A stretch of 61,052 nt of DNA, counting the filler, from Sphacelaria rigidula (Eukaryota): NCBI GenBank assembly GCA_964200075.2. It is 6 parts of 6 records of this genome, joined end to end, with 100 filler letters (N's around TTAATTAATTAA, not from the genome) between each part and the next. Parts side by side here need not be neighbours in the genome. Positions count along the whole stretch, not along the records: positions 40,770 to 50,861 come from CAXNAA020007167.1; positions 50,962 to 61,052 come from CAXNAA020007168.1; 4 more parts are not named here. One strand, 5' to 3'. The position numbers and the translations under genes were made by a program. Shown here piece by piece: positions 48,585 through 61,052 of the stretch (the stretch's first letter is position 1; every line of letters begins with the position of its first letter). A model generated the notes under the pieces. The model was not told the origin of the DNA. It did no database searches and saw only the letters and a list, made by a program, of their open reading frames with translations.

Positions 48585-51046
48585 TGTGTTGGAGTGGGTT
48601 ACCTCCGCTGGCCTCACGGCACGGTGTATTCCGGCAGTCAGCGGGGAGATAGCAACAACCAGTATGAAGTTTGCGACGTTGCACGCTGCGCCTCGAGAGG
48701 CTCCCAGCAAATTCAATATATATCATGGTTGAAATGATGTTGACATTTCCGACATATCCGTGCGGGTTGCGTACGGCGGGCAATTTCGAGGGAACCGGAT
48801 ATTGGTATAGCACAGCTCACGGAGGGACCCGGTTCGGTTTTTCCAGTAGTATTCAGTGCGAATACAACAGTTATTCTTGGTGAAGGCCAGGACTGGTGTC
48901 ATAAATGCTTTTACAAGCTTACAACGTCTCGATTGCACTGATAGTGTGCCTCATAGTCTTGTATATATCCGAGGGTTCCGCCCCACTGTTTCGTGTCGCC
49001 AAAATAAAAATAACGCACATGTCAAAATATCCGCTTACTTGACGTGGTGGGATTGATGGACAGGTTAGCCCGCTTTAAACCGTTTCAGCAGAAAGGCAGG
49101 AGGCTTCCCCGCTCTCTCCTCGCCGCCTGTTATTACAAGTCCACAAACATCAGCAAGCGGCAGCAGCAACGTACGGAACGGTGAGATTTGAGTATTGTAG
49201 AGAGAAGAGGAGGCTAATCATACCTCGGGTGGAATAGTGGGCTGGGATTTTGTCGTCTGTTCTGAGAAACGGCATCGATAACAGAGGGAACAACGGTATT
49301 CGCGTTTCCTGCACACCGGTTTCAGCGGGAGTTGCCGGTTACACTGCACCGCTCTAGCTGCGCACTTTTTGTAACCCCCGCAACGAGTAGAGATAGGCAG
49401 CTGCCTGTAGACATTGTACGCCAGTAGTGCACCTGGCCGTGTAAGGCTACAAGCTTGTTGGGAATGCAGTGCTGTTGTGTGTCCTAGCTGCATACTGCAT
49501 CGAGCTGAGGCAGCACTTGCTGATCAACTTGAAGCACTGGCCTTGGGCTATGTAGGCTTGCACTCAGTAGTTCGCACCGGCTGCAGTAGATGCACTCGTC
49601 CGCGCTTGCCGTGTGGACTTGTCAAGCCAATAGACAACATCCCCTCTACTTGAGCTTCCTTCTCGCTAGTTCTTCTTGCTTGGGTCCAGCCCTCTATCTC
49701 TTTTTCGGGGACCTCGATCAATCTCGGTTGGTGAAGTGAGCGCGGTTTAGCGGATTATTTTCAAATTTCACCTCCTTCATGCTGAATACTTGAAAGTATA
49801 CTAACAGTGTATGTATACTTTACATCAATCAATCAATCAGTCAATCAGTGTGTAGTATACTCACAGCTGACTGTTGTCGTACCAATACTCGTGGGTGTCG
49901 GTGCCGCTGCCTCGGCTGGCTCTCCCTTCTCCACGGCCAACTTTGCTCCAGTCCAGCCCCCCCTCTATCTTTCTTTGGAACCTCATTCAATCAGGGTCGA
50001 TGAAGTGGACTCGGGAGAGCGCAGTGTTCGTCTTTCTAGTGTTGCTTCGAGATTTAGGTTTGGGGTTTAGGGTTAGAGTCACTACCGTAACCCATAGTCG
50101 TATACTAGGTATGTTGACATAATACTGAAGTGTACTTCGTCCAGTATCACCACGCTTCCTGAACTGTGTTGTAGATGGACGACACTGGACTAACCTCGCC
50201 GTTCATTTTCGTGCTGAACCGAAAAACTGTGCGTACCGTACTGTACTTTTATGCGTTCGGTAGATGCACGGCACTGCTCTGACGTTTGTCGTTTGTGGCA
50301 TAGGCAAGTCACTGCACCGTTGTCCGCTTGAGATGGATTGGTTGATTGATTGATTGTCGCACTTCAACTGACCCCCCCAGGGACCCAGCCGTGGTCACAT
50401 GATGAGACTCTCGGGGTAATGGAGTACAATACAAGTACCCAGTCGTGCGTTCAAACTGCGCACGTACCATGGCTGTATCCAACACTGAGCGCTCGCAGGC
50501 CACTCCCACACCGCCTCGTTTCACGTCGGCAACGCAACTAGCATCAACTTCTCGTTCATGGCAAATTGATGAAGTGTCTCTCATGAACCGATCCGCGACG
50601 AACCCAGAAGGGATTACGTCGTAGATTAACGTGAGTTAGCCGCAACTCTCAAAACAATCATTCCAGGAATACTTTAAGTACCATTCGGTTACCTTACAAG
50701 ACCGCGCGGTACTCGATACTACATTACAGTATAGAGGAACGTCGAGTACAAACTAGACGGAAATGAAAAACAGGGGAGAACGGATTAAATAAAGGGCAAT
50801 GGCCTAGAAAAGGTATACCTTCTCGTTTTTTGCCTAGAAAAAAAAAAAAAAATGGCCAGAANNNNNNNNNNNNNNNNNNNNNNNNNNNNNNNNNNNNNNN
50901 NNNNNTTAATTAATTAANNNNNNNNNNNNNNNNNNNNNNNNNNNNNNNNNNNNNNNNNNNNAAATACCCCCCCCCCTATCGTAGGATGACTCTTACGGAA
51001 ACCAGCCTCGAGCACTGCTCGATCCATCGGTTTTGAGGACCAACCC

Positions 51047-54000
51047 GTGCAGTTCTCATCGCCTCCTCCCAGCTCCGATTCCGATAATAGCTCGGATTCT
51101 CGTACCCTTCCGACCCTCCCTCATCATCCCACCCGTGACCACTCCTCACAGACGCGCTCTGTGCCCCAACCCTTCACGACGCCGGTGGCACCCGTCGTAG
51201 CACACACCCCATCGGACGCAGCCGTCCACACTGGGTCCACCTTGACTCACCCCGTGTCTCACCCCTCAACCACGCTGGTGTTACCCGTGGCCCCAACCCA
51301 CCCCCCAACCACGCTGGTGTTACCCGTGGCCCCCAACTCCACCCCTTGACTCTACTGCCGGCCCGGATCTCGTCGTACAAGCTTCAGTCCAAGATCGTCC
51401 CGGCGTGCAGGTGGCACCCACGTCCGGACCCCCAACTGCTGGCACTACTGCCCGCGCTGCCCTGCCGACACGCACTTTGTCAACACCCGCGGCTCCTTTT
51501 CGTGCCCCGGCTGATCGTGATTTGTTGACAAATGTTTTGACTTTTGCTTTGCCCAACTCAGGACACCCGCCTTCGGCCCCAGCGGCTGCTTGTGGCATAA
51601 ATCTGGAACCAGCCCCTGTACCAGACGTTAGTATAGCCACAGCACTACACGTTCTATGCAATACCTTGCTCCGCTCTCCTTCTGCTTTCGCCGATATGCA
51701 AGAAGCCAACAGTGCCCAGCTCCGACAAACCACGCCCACCCCCACCGGACCTCGGCCTTCACCCACACCGCCACGCCCCCCTTCCCCCCGACACAACATA
51801 ACCACCCCTGCTCGACGGATGACCGCGTGTGACGATAATTCGAGACATACCTCTCGTTCCTCCCGTATTTCTACTCCCTCAAGGGTTTCTTCACGTCGGC
51901 GCTCCGCACGTAATGATGTTACGGTGCTCGCCGACGCCATTGGGGACATTGTGTCAGATCTCCATTCTGCAGAAGAATCGTCGATCGCGCATTCCAGCGA
52001 TCAACCGCCCTACGACTCACGCCATCGCAGACGCCGTGCTCTCACACGCAATAGGTCTTCCCGCTCTGACGCTGCAGTCATCCGTTCCTTGCGGCGACAA
52101 CTTGCCGATTTACAGCGCACAGTTCGAACACTTGTGAACAACCCCACATCCCCGCCTCCCACTGCGCCCCCCAAACACACAGTTTCTGCTGTCCCGGCCC
52201 CAGCTCTCGCTGCCACCACCGCTGCGACTGCCACCGCCGCCGATACTGACGCCGATAGTGGTACCCGAATTGGTTTCCGGGCTCCTTGCGCACCCGCACC
52301 CGCTTCAACCCCCCCTGCATCTACTGTCGCGCCGTCCAACCCTGCGCCTTCATCGCGGCAAGATCGCCCACAGTTGAGTCCGGAGCACTGCCCCTTCGGG
52401 CTGCTCCCGCGTATTTTCATGGACCATGGTCGCACTGCCCAAGAACAACTCATCCGCGACTATGCTGACTACGCACCGGCCATGAACGATCTCATTAATC
52501 GGCAACGCCGCACAGATGCAGCGGCGTCTACACTTTTCACCGAGGAGTATCACGCTCCTCTCCGCGAACTAAAGGAGGAGCGCTCACGCGCCTCTCACGC
52601 TGTAGCCGTCCCTCGTTCCCACCGCACGCCATCCCTACCCCCCCCTACATCGGCCACCCGCCCCGACAGCAGTGCTTAACCACGCCGCTTCTTCCTCCAC
52701 TGCGATGACATCCCTTGGTTCACGCTTTCTGTGCAGACTCTTGCGGGCAAGTAAACCCTGTCGAATCCTTTGCAAAGCTCTTGCGAGGCTTGGCTAGCGC
52801 TCGTTCGACCACTCCAAAACGCGATCGCTTCCTACTTGAAACACGACGGGGTCTGCCCTTCCGATGGTCTCTTTTCGATTACCATTGGTCAATCAGTTCG
52901 CCACATCGAACAAACCACCACCCCTTACGAACTGTCCATTGTCGAGCTCTTCGACGCATTGCGCGCCGCCTCCGAATCCGCCACAGCCCAAGTTGACGAC
53001 TACTGGATCTCGGTGACTCCTCGCCGCCGACGCGACAGACATGATGTTGCCGACCATGAGCGCAATCACCGCGGTGATTCTCACAACCACCGCGGAGGTT
53101 CAAGCTCCTCCTCTGGGAAAAATCAACCACACCGTGTAACTCGTCCCATCATCGATTTTAACCAGACACATCAAAATAACGGCTCCTCGAGCTCTTCTTC
53201 CGCCAAGCCCAGGATTCGGTCTGCCACACACTCGCCTGCGTCGACTTCCACCACCCTAAGTCGCGCTACACCGCGTTTAGCAGATGTTTCGCGCCAGAGT
53301 TTAGGCCTTTCGGACGACAACACGGATAAACCGGTATCCTCCACTTCGGCTCGCACTCTGGCTGCCGCTGCCGCCGAGCGAGAGCAAGCCGCTGCTAGTG
53401 CAGCAGCAGCCGTCGCTCGAGCGGAATCCGCCCGCACCGCCGCCATTCAGAGAGAACACATCCAAATGGACGTGAAAAAACTTTGGCACGTGGAATCCAT
53501 GCCTGCAGCAGACAACGAAGACTCGGGACAATTCACTTCTTCTCTCATTACCTCTATACGCCGCACTCTTCGAAACATCCCTCAGCTAGCAGACTCTACG
53601 GGTGCTCAACGTTTCAAAAATTCCAACTGGGTTGACGGTTGGCAGACTCCTCTTCACAAAGCTCTGTACCGCGCCATCAACCGCCGCTCGCCCGACACTG
53701 CCGCTGCTCTGACACAAGTCGTTGATGGTTTCATGACCGCTGTGGATGCGGACCGCGCCTCGGGGAAGTCAGGCCCGGATTTACTCCGTGATCTGGAGCG
53801 CCGCTTGACCGGCTACTTCGATCATAGCACTCAAGGGAGTGCTATCCAACGATTTAGTTCTTTTGGTGTCGTAACTAATGTCCCCTTCGCGGAATACTTC
53901 CGAGAATTCAAGCTTCTCGTTTCCAGTACTATGGGAGTAGGTCGCCAGACTGGCCCATCAGACGCCATGTGTCAATCATATGTGAGGAATAGTGTTTCCG

Positions 54001-54803
54001 AGCAGTTCCCAACACTAATGCCGTTGCTGTTTCCAGGTGCTTTAGCCCACCGCGAAGTGCCTTACCCCTCTGTTGATGCGATGTAGAGTGCGTTCAAATT
54101 AACGCCGGCCATTCGCGGCGACAAGTATACTTTAGCTCGTTCCCAGTCTGCTTCTGCGCCTTCTTCGACCCCTTCAGGATCCCGCCACCGGTCTCACACC
54201 TCGCTTCGTTCTTCGTGGGTGCCCGCCTCCGTGGCCGGCTCCGTCATAAGCGTTGCAAATAAGAGACATCCGTTCAGCGCCAGTTTTGACGGATGGCCAT
54301 ACTCCGCCGAAACTTGGGATGATGTCTACACTGTATCTACGTCTGCGTTTACTACAGATGACCCACATCTGTGGAAACCCCTCCTCTCGTCTGCTGCCAG
54401 GCACGAGGCCTTTAGCTGCCACGCAAACAGTTGCATTAATTGCAACACCCAAGGGCACACTATGCGCGATTGTACTCTCCCTTGTATCAACTCTTTCGAC
54501 CTCATGAACTCTGAGCTGCAGGACAATGAGCCAGCATGGCGCAAATGGCAGAAACTCATGCGTGAATACCGTACACCCAACCGTCATTCTCGCCGCCCTT
54601 TCAACAACCGCGACAACACTCGCTCGAATCACGACAGTCGCCCCAACAACTACGACAACTCTGGCTCTCAGCGAAGAGAGAGATCTCCTCACCGTCACCG
54701 GAATACCGCCGAAAGACACCAGCGCACGGGGCCTAATCACAATCACTCGAACCCCAACGCCAGAAACCCTGGCTCCTTTATGACTGATCGTACCGATCCG
54801 TGA
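51047..54803 (+). pseudogene. gag: Long gag-like ORF with CCHC knuckle
   Basis: Consecutive ORFs of 100, 424, 438 and 194 aa. CINCNTQGHTMRDC at 54432-54473. Confidence 0.7.
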
Positions 54804-55799
54804 CATGCCGACGCCGGCGTTTTTACGTCTTCGGCGCCGCCGACAGCACACACGAGGACTGTTTCAACATCAACCGCGGAATGAGCGACAAAAGTTTCTC
54901 GCTCAACCTCCCCGGCATTATGTAGGAGTTCTAATGACGGTCGCTCATATCGACCCCCGTCTTCACCTCCTCGCACACAGCGTAACAGTTGCGTTGACTC
55001 ACAACTTAGCCCTGCCCTCGGCTCTGGACTTGGTCCTCCAGAACGGAGCGTAAGTCTGAGGTGCGGGAACACCAACCGCCCGTCTCTGAGGCACAGGCTT
55101 CCCTCAGCGACCGCACGCACAGGCAGTAGTGTAATTCACTCGACTGATTAAAGTGTAGCTGGTCAGAATTTGACCTCTTCGAACCAGGTAATATCCCCCA
55201 GGTCAAACGAGTTCATTCTTCGCGTTCATTGCACCATGCGCAGCTGCCCCTGACCAGTTCCCACATAAACCATCCTACTATACCTTCGGCTACGACTCCT
55301 CAGCCAAGCTTGGCAGCGGACAGTTCACAAGCTTCGCCCGAGCATGTCCCGATGCTGACCCCATCCCCTCAACTGGAAGCAGTTGGGTTTTCCCCAAATA
55401 CTGTGGAAGTTCCCCGCCCTTTGTCACGGCGAGAGAGGAAGCCCCGTGAACATGCCCCCACTGAAGCGCGCGCAGCAACACGTACACCTCCCTCGAGCGG
55501 AAAATCTTGACCTCACTCTCTCCAAAATGCGACGGCTTTGAACTCGATGAATTTATCAAGTGTCCTAGAAGAATCCAAATAAGATATTTCGGATATTTCT
55601 ACCTCTTCTGCCTTCCCAACCCTACTTTAGACGTTGATCCCTGCCTTCCCAACCCGGTCATATATGAAATTGCAAATGACCAGCCGAGCTGTGCTCACTC
55701 TGGGGACTACACATCATCCACCAAACTTTCTGGTGAGAACGTTGACCCCCCGGCGGATCACCCGTCCTCCGTTTTCGCCGTCAACAATACTGATGATTG

Positions 55800-58700
55800 A
55801 TGATTCCGATCAATTTACCTTGGCTAAACACGGTCCGGATCTTGTCGGCGGTAAAGTGTTCTTGACCCTGCCACTTTTACTACTCGCGTAGCGCTCCATT
55901 GTGGACCATACGCAACGACGACTGCCAAATACGTCTTTTTGTTGGACAGTGGCAGCCCACAAACATTTATTCGTGAATCAATGTGGGAATATATGAAACA
56001 GATTGGCGCTGCTTCAGCAGCTTGCGAAATCACCACCAAACCTCGAGTATGGGGCGGTTTTGGTGACTCCACCGCACCTTCGACCACACGAATATCAGTT
56101 CGTCTCAGTGTGTAATTCTTTCACAACACAACTCGCTCTGCCAGCCTTGCAGTCTGGGCATATGTTGTCCCCGACAGCACCATGGCTCACGCCTTACTCA
56201 TGGGCCGAGATAGTTACATGCGGTTTGATCAACGCACCTACCGCACACTACCACCATTATTGCCACAGTCTGCGCCTCGTGGAGAACTCAACCTTGAACA
56301 TTTCGGTACTTTTAACGGCGCCTTGGCCTACCAAAAAAAGGAACAAGCTACCGGAGCTGCTTACCACCTCCGATACGATGGTACTGCTGGTGTTACCCTC
56401 TCCGATGATCCTCAACTGCTAGAAGTTGCCTTAGTCCGCCGAAATAGCATGCCTGCCCTTACAGGACATTACCTCGCTGAAATGCTTCCTCGTGTTGGTG
56501 CGCCTGCCGGCACAAAACACTTTGTCCCTGCAGGGAAACAACTTTTGCCACTCACGGGTCACGCTAACTTGGAACCTGGAGATGGTTGGGGTATTGCTGC
56601 TGCTCCCCTAATGCACATTCCACTTGAGACATGTGCCACTGAACCCTGTACGCCCAACTCGGCGCCTCCCACAGACGGTTATGTCAAGTGCGTCGATAAG
56701 CCTTACTTCGACGTAACCTCTTCGTCTCCGTCACGTATCCACACCGCGGACAGTGCACCGTCAACGTCCGACCCTCCCGCTGAAGTACTGCAACGCCTAT
56801 CGCCCGAATCTCGGACAAGTTTCCTGCACATGTGGGATCAACTTCAATCCCATTTACGTGACATCAACTTTGACCTACATGGACCCGGTTGGGAACCCGC
56901 TGTAATCAAAGAATTGAGCGATGCTTTATTGGAGTACCAGGATAAATTTTCTCGATCCAAAACGGATCTGGGGCATTGCAAAACGCTGCCCTTTGAAATC
57001 ACCCTTCAACCTGGCGTTTCGCCAATCTCTTCTCGGCCGTATCGGACGAACCCCATCCTTACCAAAAAAGTTAACGCCAATTTAGATGCGTACTTAGGTG
57101 CCGGATGATTTCAACACTCCTCTTTTCCGTGGGTCTCACCGGTAGGGGTGGTCCCCAAAAAGGACGGCAACATATGCATCATCGTGAATTATCAACGGCT
57201 AAATCGCGCCACTGGAGTGGGAAAACTTCCCATTCCTCGCATAGATGAAGTATTCGACTCTCGAGGCGAAAGAAAAATATTCAGTACATTCGACCTCGCT
57301 TCTGGATTTTTCCAGAACGCCATCCACCCTGATACGGTCCCACTGACAGCGTTCTGTACATCTTCTGGGCTCTACGAATGGCTCCGTATGCCACAAAATG
57401 CCGCCACTGCACCAGGCTGTTTTTAACGCTTGATGCAACGCGTCACAGAGAATCTCGAACACGTCATCATGTACTTGGACGACGCTATCGCATTTGATGC
57501 CTCCCTTCTTGCGCATGTGCGCACCTTGCGAGAGTTTCTTTCTCGCCCGCGGAAGCACGATTTGCAACTGTCTCCATCCAAAGCTCGCCTTGGCGTGACT
57601 GAAGTGAATTTTCTGGGACACTCAATTTCACCGGCGGGTCTACACCCTGGAACCAACAAAGTCAGGGCAATGACTGAATTGCCGATGCCCACGAACATTA
57701 CTCAGCTCAGCTCCGCTTATTGTCGGGTGGACGGTCCTACTATCGCATTTTTTTGCCTAACCTGTCCAAACGGATTCGCCCCATTACAGACTCGCTTAAA
57801 AAAAGCGCCGCGTTTGTCTTCACCAAAGATATGGAAGCTATCGTGCGCGACTTGCTGAAAACACTCACCGAAAAACCGATCCTTTGTTTCTCGGACTGGG
57901 ATGCCGTACAAGACGGCTCTCGCCTCTTTCAACTACATACAGACGCGAGCACAGACGGGCTCGGCGGAGTCCTGAATCAGTCTCAATTCGATGGCTCTAT
58001 TCGACCCATCCTCTATATATCAGTCGCGCCACCCTCCCAAACGAGGCCAATTGGAGTCCACATGAGCTGGAAGGCGGCATCATCATTTGGGCCATAAAGC
58101 ACCTTCGATAATATTTGTTCCATATGCCTTTCCAAATCTACACGGATCACGGAGCACTTGAACAACTCGCCAAAGTTGGCGAACATAACCCGCGTGTGCA
58201 ACGCTGGTTGGGGTTTCTGACAGTATATCAGTATACTGTCAAACATCGCCCTGGCAAAACCAACGGGAATGCTGACCTTCTCTCCCGCTTGCCCCTCCCT
58301 CCAACGGCTGTGGATTTCAGTCCCGCTTGCCGACTAACTGAACCCGATGAACCCGGCGTGTATCCTATCCGGCGTTTCTCAACGCCCATTTACGCCCTTG
58401 ACCTTCATTGCCCAGAGATGGGTATGCATATGGGCGGCCCCCGCCCCCTAGCGTATGATGCAGTCTTCAGTGGGCTACAAACCACCGGCGCTGATTTCGC
58501 CGATTACCGTACTATCGGTCCTCGCGCCAAAATTGCAGTTTCGCCCCCTCCAGTTGTCTATCTCATCTCCGACAACACGCGCTCTCGATCTGGTGCCCGC
58601 GCTAACCCTCCCCGCGCCCCGCCGCCACCGACAACACCTACTGCTCCTGCGAGCAACGTAGCGCCGGCTCTCGGCAACACCGCACCACGAGCCTTGACAA

Positions 58701-61012
58701 CCCCCGCCACGCGCAGATCTAACAACAAGCGCCGAGTGCAAACTCCGGTGCGCACTACTACGACATCGCCGCCCGCCGCGGTCCCGTCAGAGCCCACCCC
58801 TTCTGATGCTTCCGATGTCCACATCGACGTTGGCATCTGCCCCCCGTCGCCTGTTCCACCGCTTTCTGAGCCACCATGTCTGATCGACTGTCCGGCGGAA
58901 GGCCAGCTGCGCGAATTTCTCGCCAGTTACTCCCATCGTGATTGGGCTCGGGAACAACGAGCAGAACCATTATGCCGCGCAACCATGCGGTACCTCCGTA
59001 CTGGCTGCCCTGCTCCTATCCCGGACAATTTATTGGCCCCGATTGGCACACTGCCACCACCAAACGCCGCTGAGGTGTACGAACTCGCACGTAAAGGTTC
59101 TATCTTTACAACTGGTGACGGACTCGAATTGCTTGTCCGCCGTCCTACGCCCCAGCAGGGTGTAACTTCATCCGCGCCCACTGGATGCCATGCACGCCTA
59201 CTCGACGATGAACCCACTCGGATATATGTCCCATTTTTGATGCGACCGTGGGTAATGAAAGGCTGCCACACTGACCTGTCTTGCCACCTTGGTGTCACGC
59301 GCACATTAGCGTTACTCGAACGTTTCTACTGGTGGATAGGTATGGAAGTGTCCATCCGCTTCTGGATTCGGCGCTGCTTCAAGTGTCAAGCTCGCAAAAC
59401 CTGACGATAGACTATACGTTGGCCAGTTATTTCGATGGCACTTCCCAACGCTCCTGGTCACCTCGTATCTTTCGACTATTTTGGTCCTTTACCGCCCACT
59501 GACCGTGGCAACACCTATATCTTACTCTTTACCGACCGCTTCAGCCGTCACGCAGCCATGTACGCAGTTACCGCTGGAGACTTCACAGCAGCGGGCACAG
59601 CTAATATCCTAGTTCATGACTATATCAAGCACTGTAGTTTCCCGAAACGGCTCCTCTCCGACAATGGTCAGCAATTTTGCTCCGATCTCTCGGACGAACT
59701 GTATTCGCTCCTGGGCATTCGAAAGATAGCCACAAGCGCTTACCACCCTCATGGTTACGGTGGTGCTGAAAGAGTTAACCACACCATGGCCCAGATGCTG
59801 TCTATGGTAGTCAACGATCGACAAAACGATTGGGATCTCCATCTCTCACATGTCATGTTCTCTTATAACAACTCCGTCAACGCTGCTACCGGTCTTTCTC
59901 CGAAAGAGTGACATCTCGGCCGCTACACGCGCTTGCCCATCACCGTGTTTGAGAGACACACCTTCGATGGCCACCAAGGCTTGGATCAGGATGAGATATC
60001 CTACCATGACCTGGCGCGTGCACGCCAGCGCAAAGCGTTCACTCTCGTGCGTGAACAACACGCTATCAACGCCTCGCGTCTTGAGATACCTAATAATGCT
60101 CTCTACAATCTGATGCACAAACGACTTACTTGGAAGGTTGGCGATTGGGTCTGGGTTTACAACAGTTTGTCAACCATTCGTCAAGGCTCTGACAGAGCTG
60201 CCAACGAGACAGTCTTGACGACTAAGCTATCCCTCAATTGGACAGGACCATTCAAGATTCTTATCGTAGGGCCCTCGCCATCTTCACTCGATGGCGAACC
60301 TGTCGGTGACAAACTCCTTTATCTCGATCTTCATCGCGATCTTCAAGGACATGACGCCAAATCTCGCGTCTCTGTGCACCGTTTTAAACCTTGCATCAAT
60401 CCGCATGACACTAGAGACATACCCAAATATCTGTCTGCCGGTCTTACGCAGAACGCACTTAACAGCTATTCAACTAAATCACCGCCTCATCACGTACCGA
60501 CGATGTGACGGAACAACCCCTTCGTCTCGCCGTGTCCCACATTTCTGGTCACCAGATCACTCGCGGTCGACGCGATAAGATTGCTGTCATGTACCAAACT
60601 CACTGGCGAGGCCTTCGGAGAGCGTCTTGGGAACGCGAATCCGACCTTCAGTTGCACCGCCGAGCTATTCTCCTGTACTGGAAACAACCTCAGCAGCAAC
60701 ATCTTGCTAAGAACAAGAAATATCGCAATATGCGCCGCGGCGCAGCAGCACGCGAACTTCACCGTGACAAAGGCATACGCTCTGTCGCTGGCGGCTATGA
60801 ATTAGCACCCACCAAACGTGGGGAAGCAAAGATTCGCGCGAAACAGGAAGCCCTCCCCAAAGGCGCCTACTTGTGGTACAAAGGAAGCGACAACCTCTGG
60901 TGGCTAGGACAGACCCACTTCACAGACCTCATCGCGCCTGACACATACATCGTGCGCTTCATCGATGACCCCGGACCCGTGCAGCTCAAGCTCCGCCCAG
61001 AGCTCTACACCA
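55800..61012 (+). pseudogene. pol: pol: protease, RT, RNase H, integrase, chromodomain, Tudor/PWWP-like tail
   Basis: LLDSGS (55945); VPKKDG, FDLASGF, YLDD (57472); TDAS, YTDH, NADLLSR; CHTDLSCHLG...CFKC; FDYFGP, SDNGQQF, AERVN; WTGPF; MYQTHWRG...SWERESDL. Confidence 0.92.
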
Positions 61013-61052
61013 AACAGTGTTTTCGTGAGATTGAGAGTAGATGATACGATTG

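Larger units (their letters stand above)
51047..61012 (+). mobile_element. Large Ty3/Gypsy (chromovirus-like) retrotransposon, internal region, degenerate; LTRs not in contig
   Basis: Domain order gag-PR-RT-RNase H-IN-chromodomain over ~10 kb with scattered stops and frameshifts. Confidence 0.92.

Noticed and set aside
50052..50078. Telomeric repeats (TTTAGG/TTAGGG-like)
   Set aside because: Only 3-4 degenerate units, internal to the contig.
1..61052. Fanzor/TnpB, Helitron or Polinton genes; most short ORFs in the track
   Set aside because: No RuvC/zinc-ribbon, Rep-helicase or pPolB motifs were seen by eye. Most short ORFs are repeat-derived or antisense shadows.

Overview
Repeat-rich eukaryotic DNA, most likely from a brown alga (Phaeophyceae); this is inferred from the transposon families and an intronless giant-virus-like ankyrin gene. 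The window is not one locus. It is six unrelated pieces of 10093, 10092, 10092, 10092, 10092 and 10091 bp joined by identical 100-nt N/TTAATTAATTAA/N linkers, so nothing can be inferred across the linkers. It contains one intact ankyrin-repeat gene, a few isolated host exons, two degenerate Ty3/Gypsy LTR retrotransposons, a decayed ALOG-like + tyrosine recombinase (DIRS-type) gene, hAT transposase remnants, a 3.5-kb non-autonomous hAT element, many MITEs, tRNA-derived SINEs and LINE 3' ends. The most unusual structures are: (1) a palindromic array of ~200-bp elements whose two inverted termini both look like tRNA-Gly/Pol III heads; (2) a LINE family ending in poly(C) and inserted into C-runs with target-site duplications; (3) a Gypsy integrase with a chromodomain followed by a Tudor/PWWP-like domain; (4) tandem piles of ~100-bp piggyBac-type MITEs joined at TTAA. 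All calls were made by eye, without database searches.
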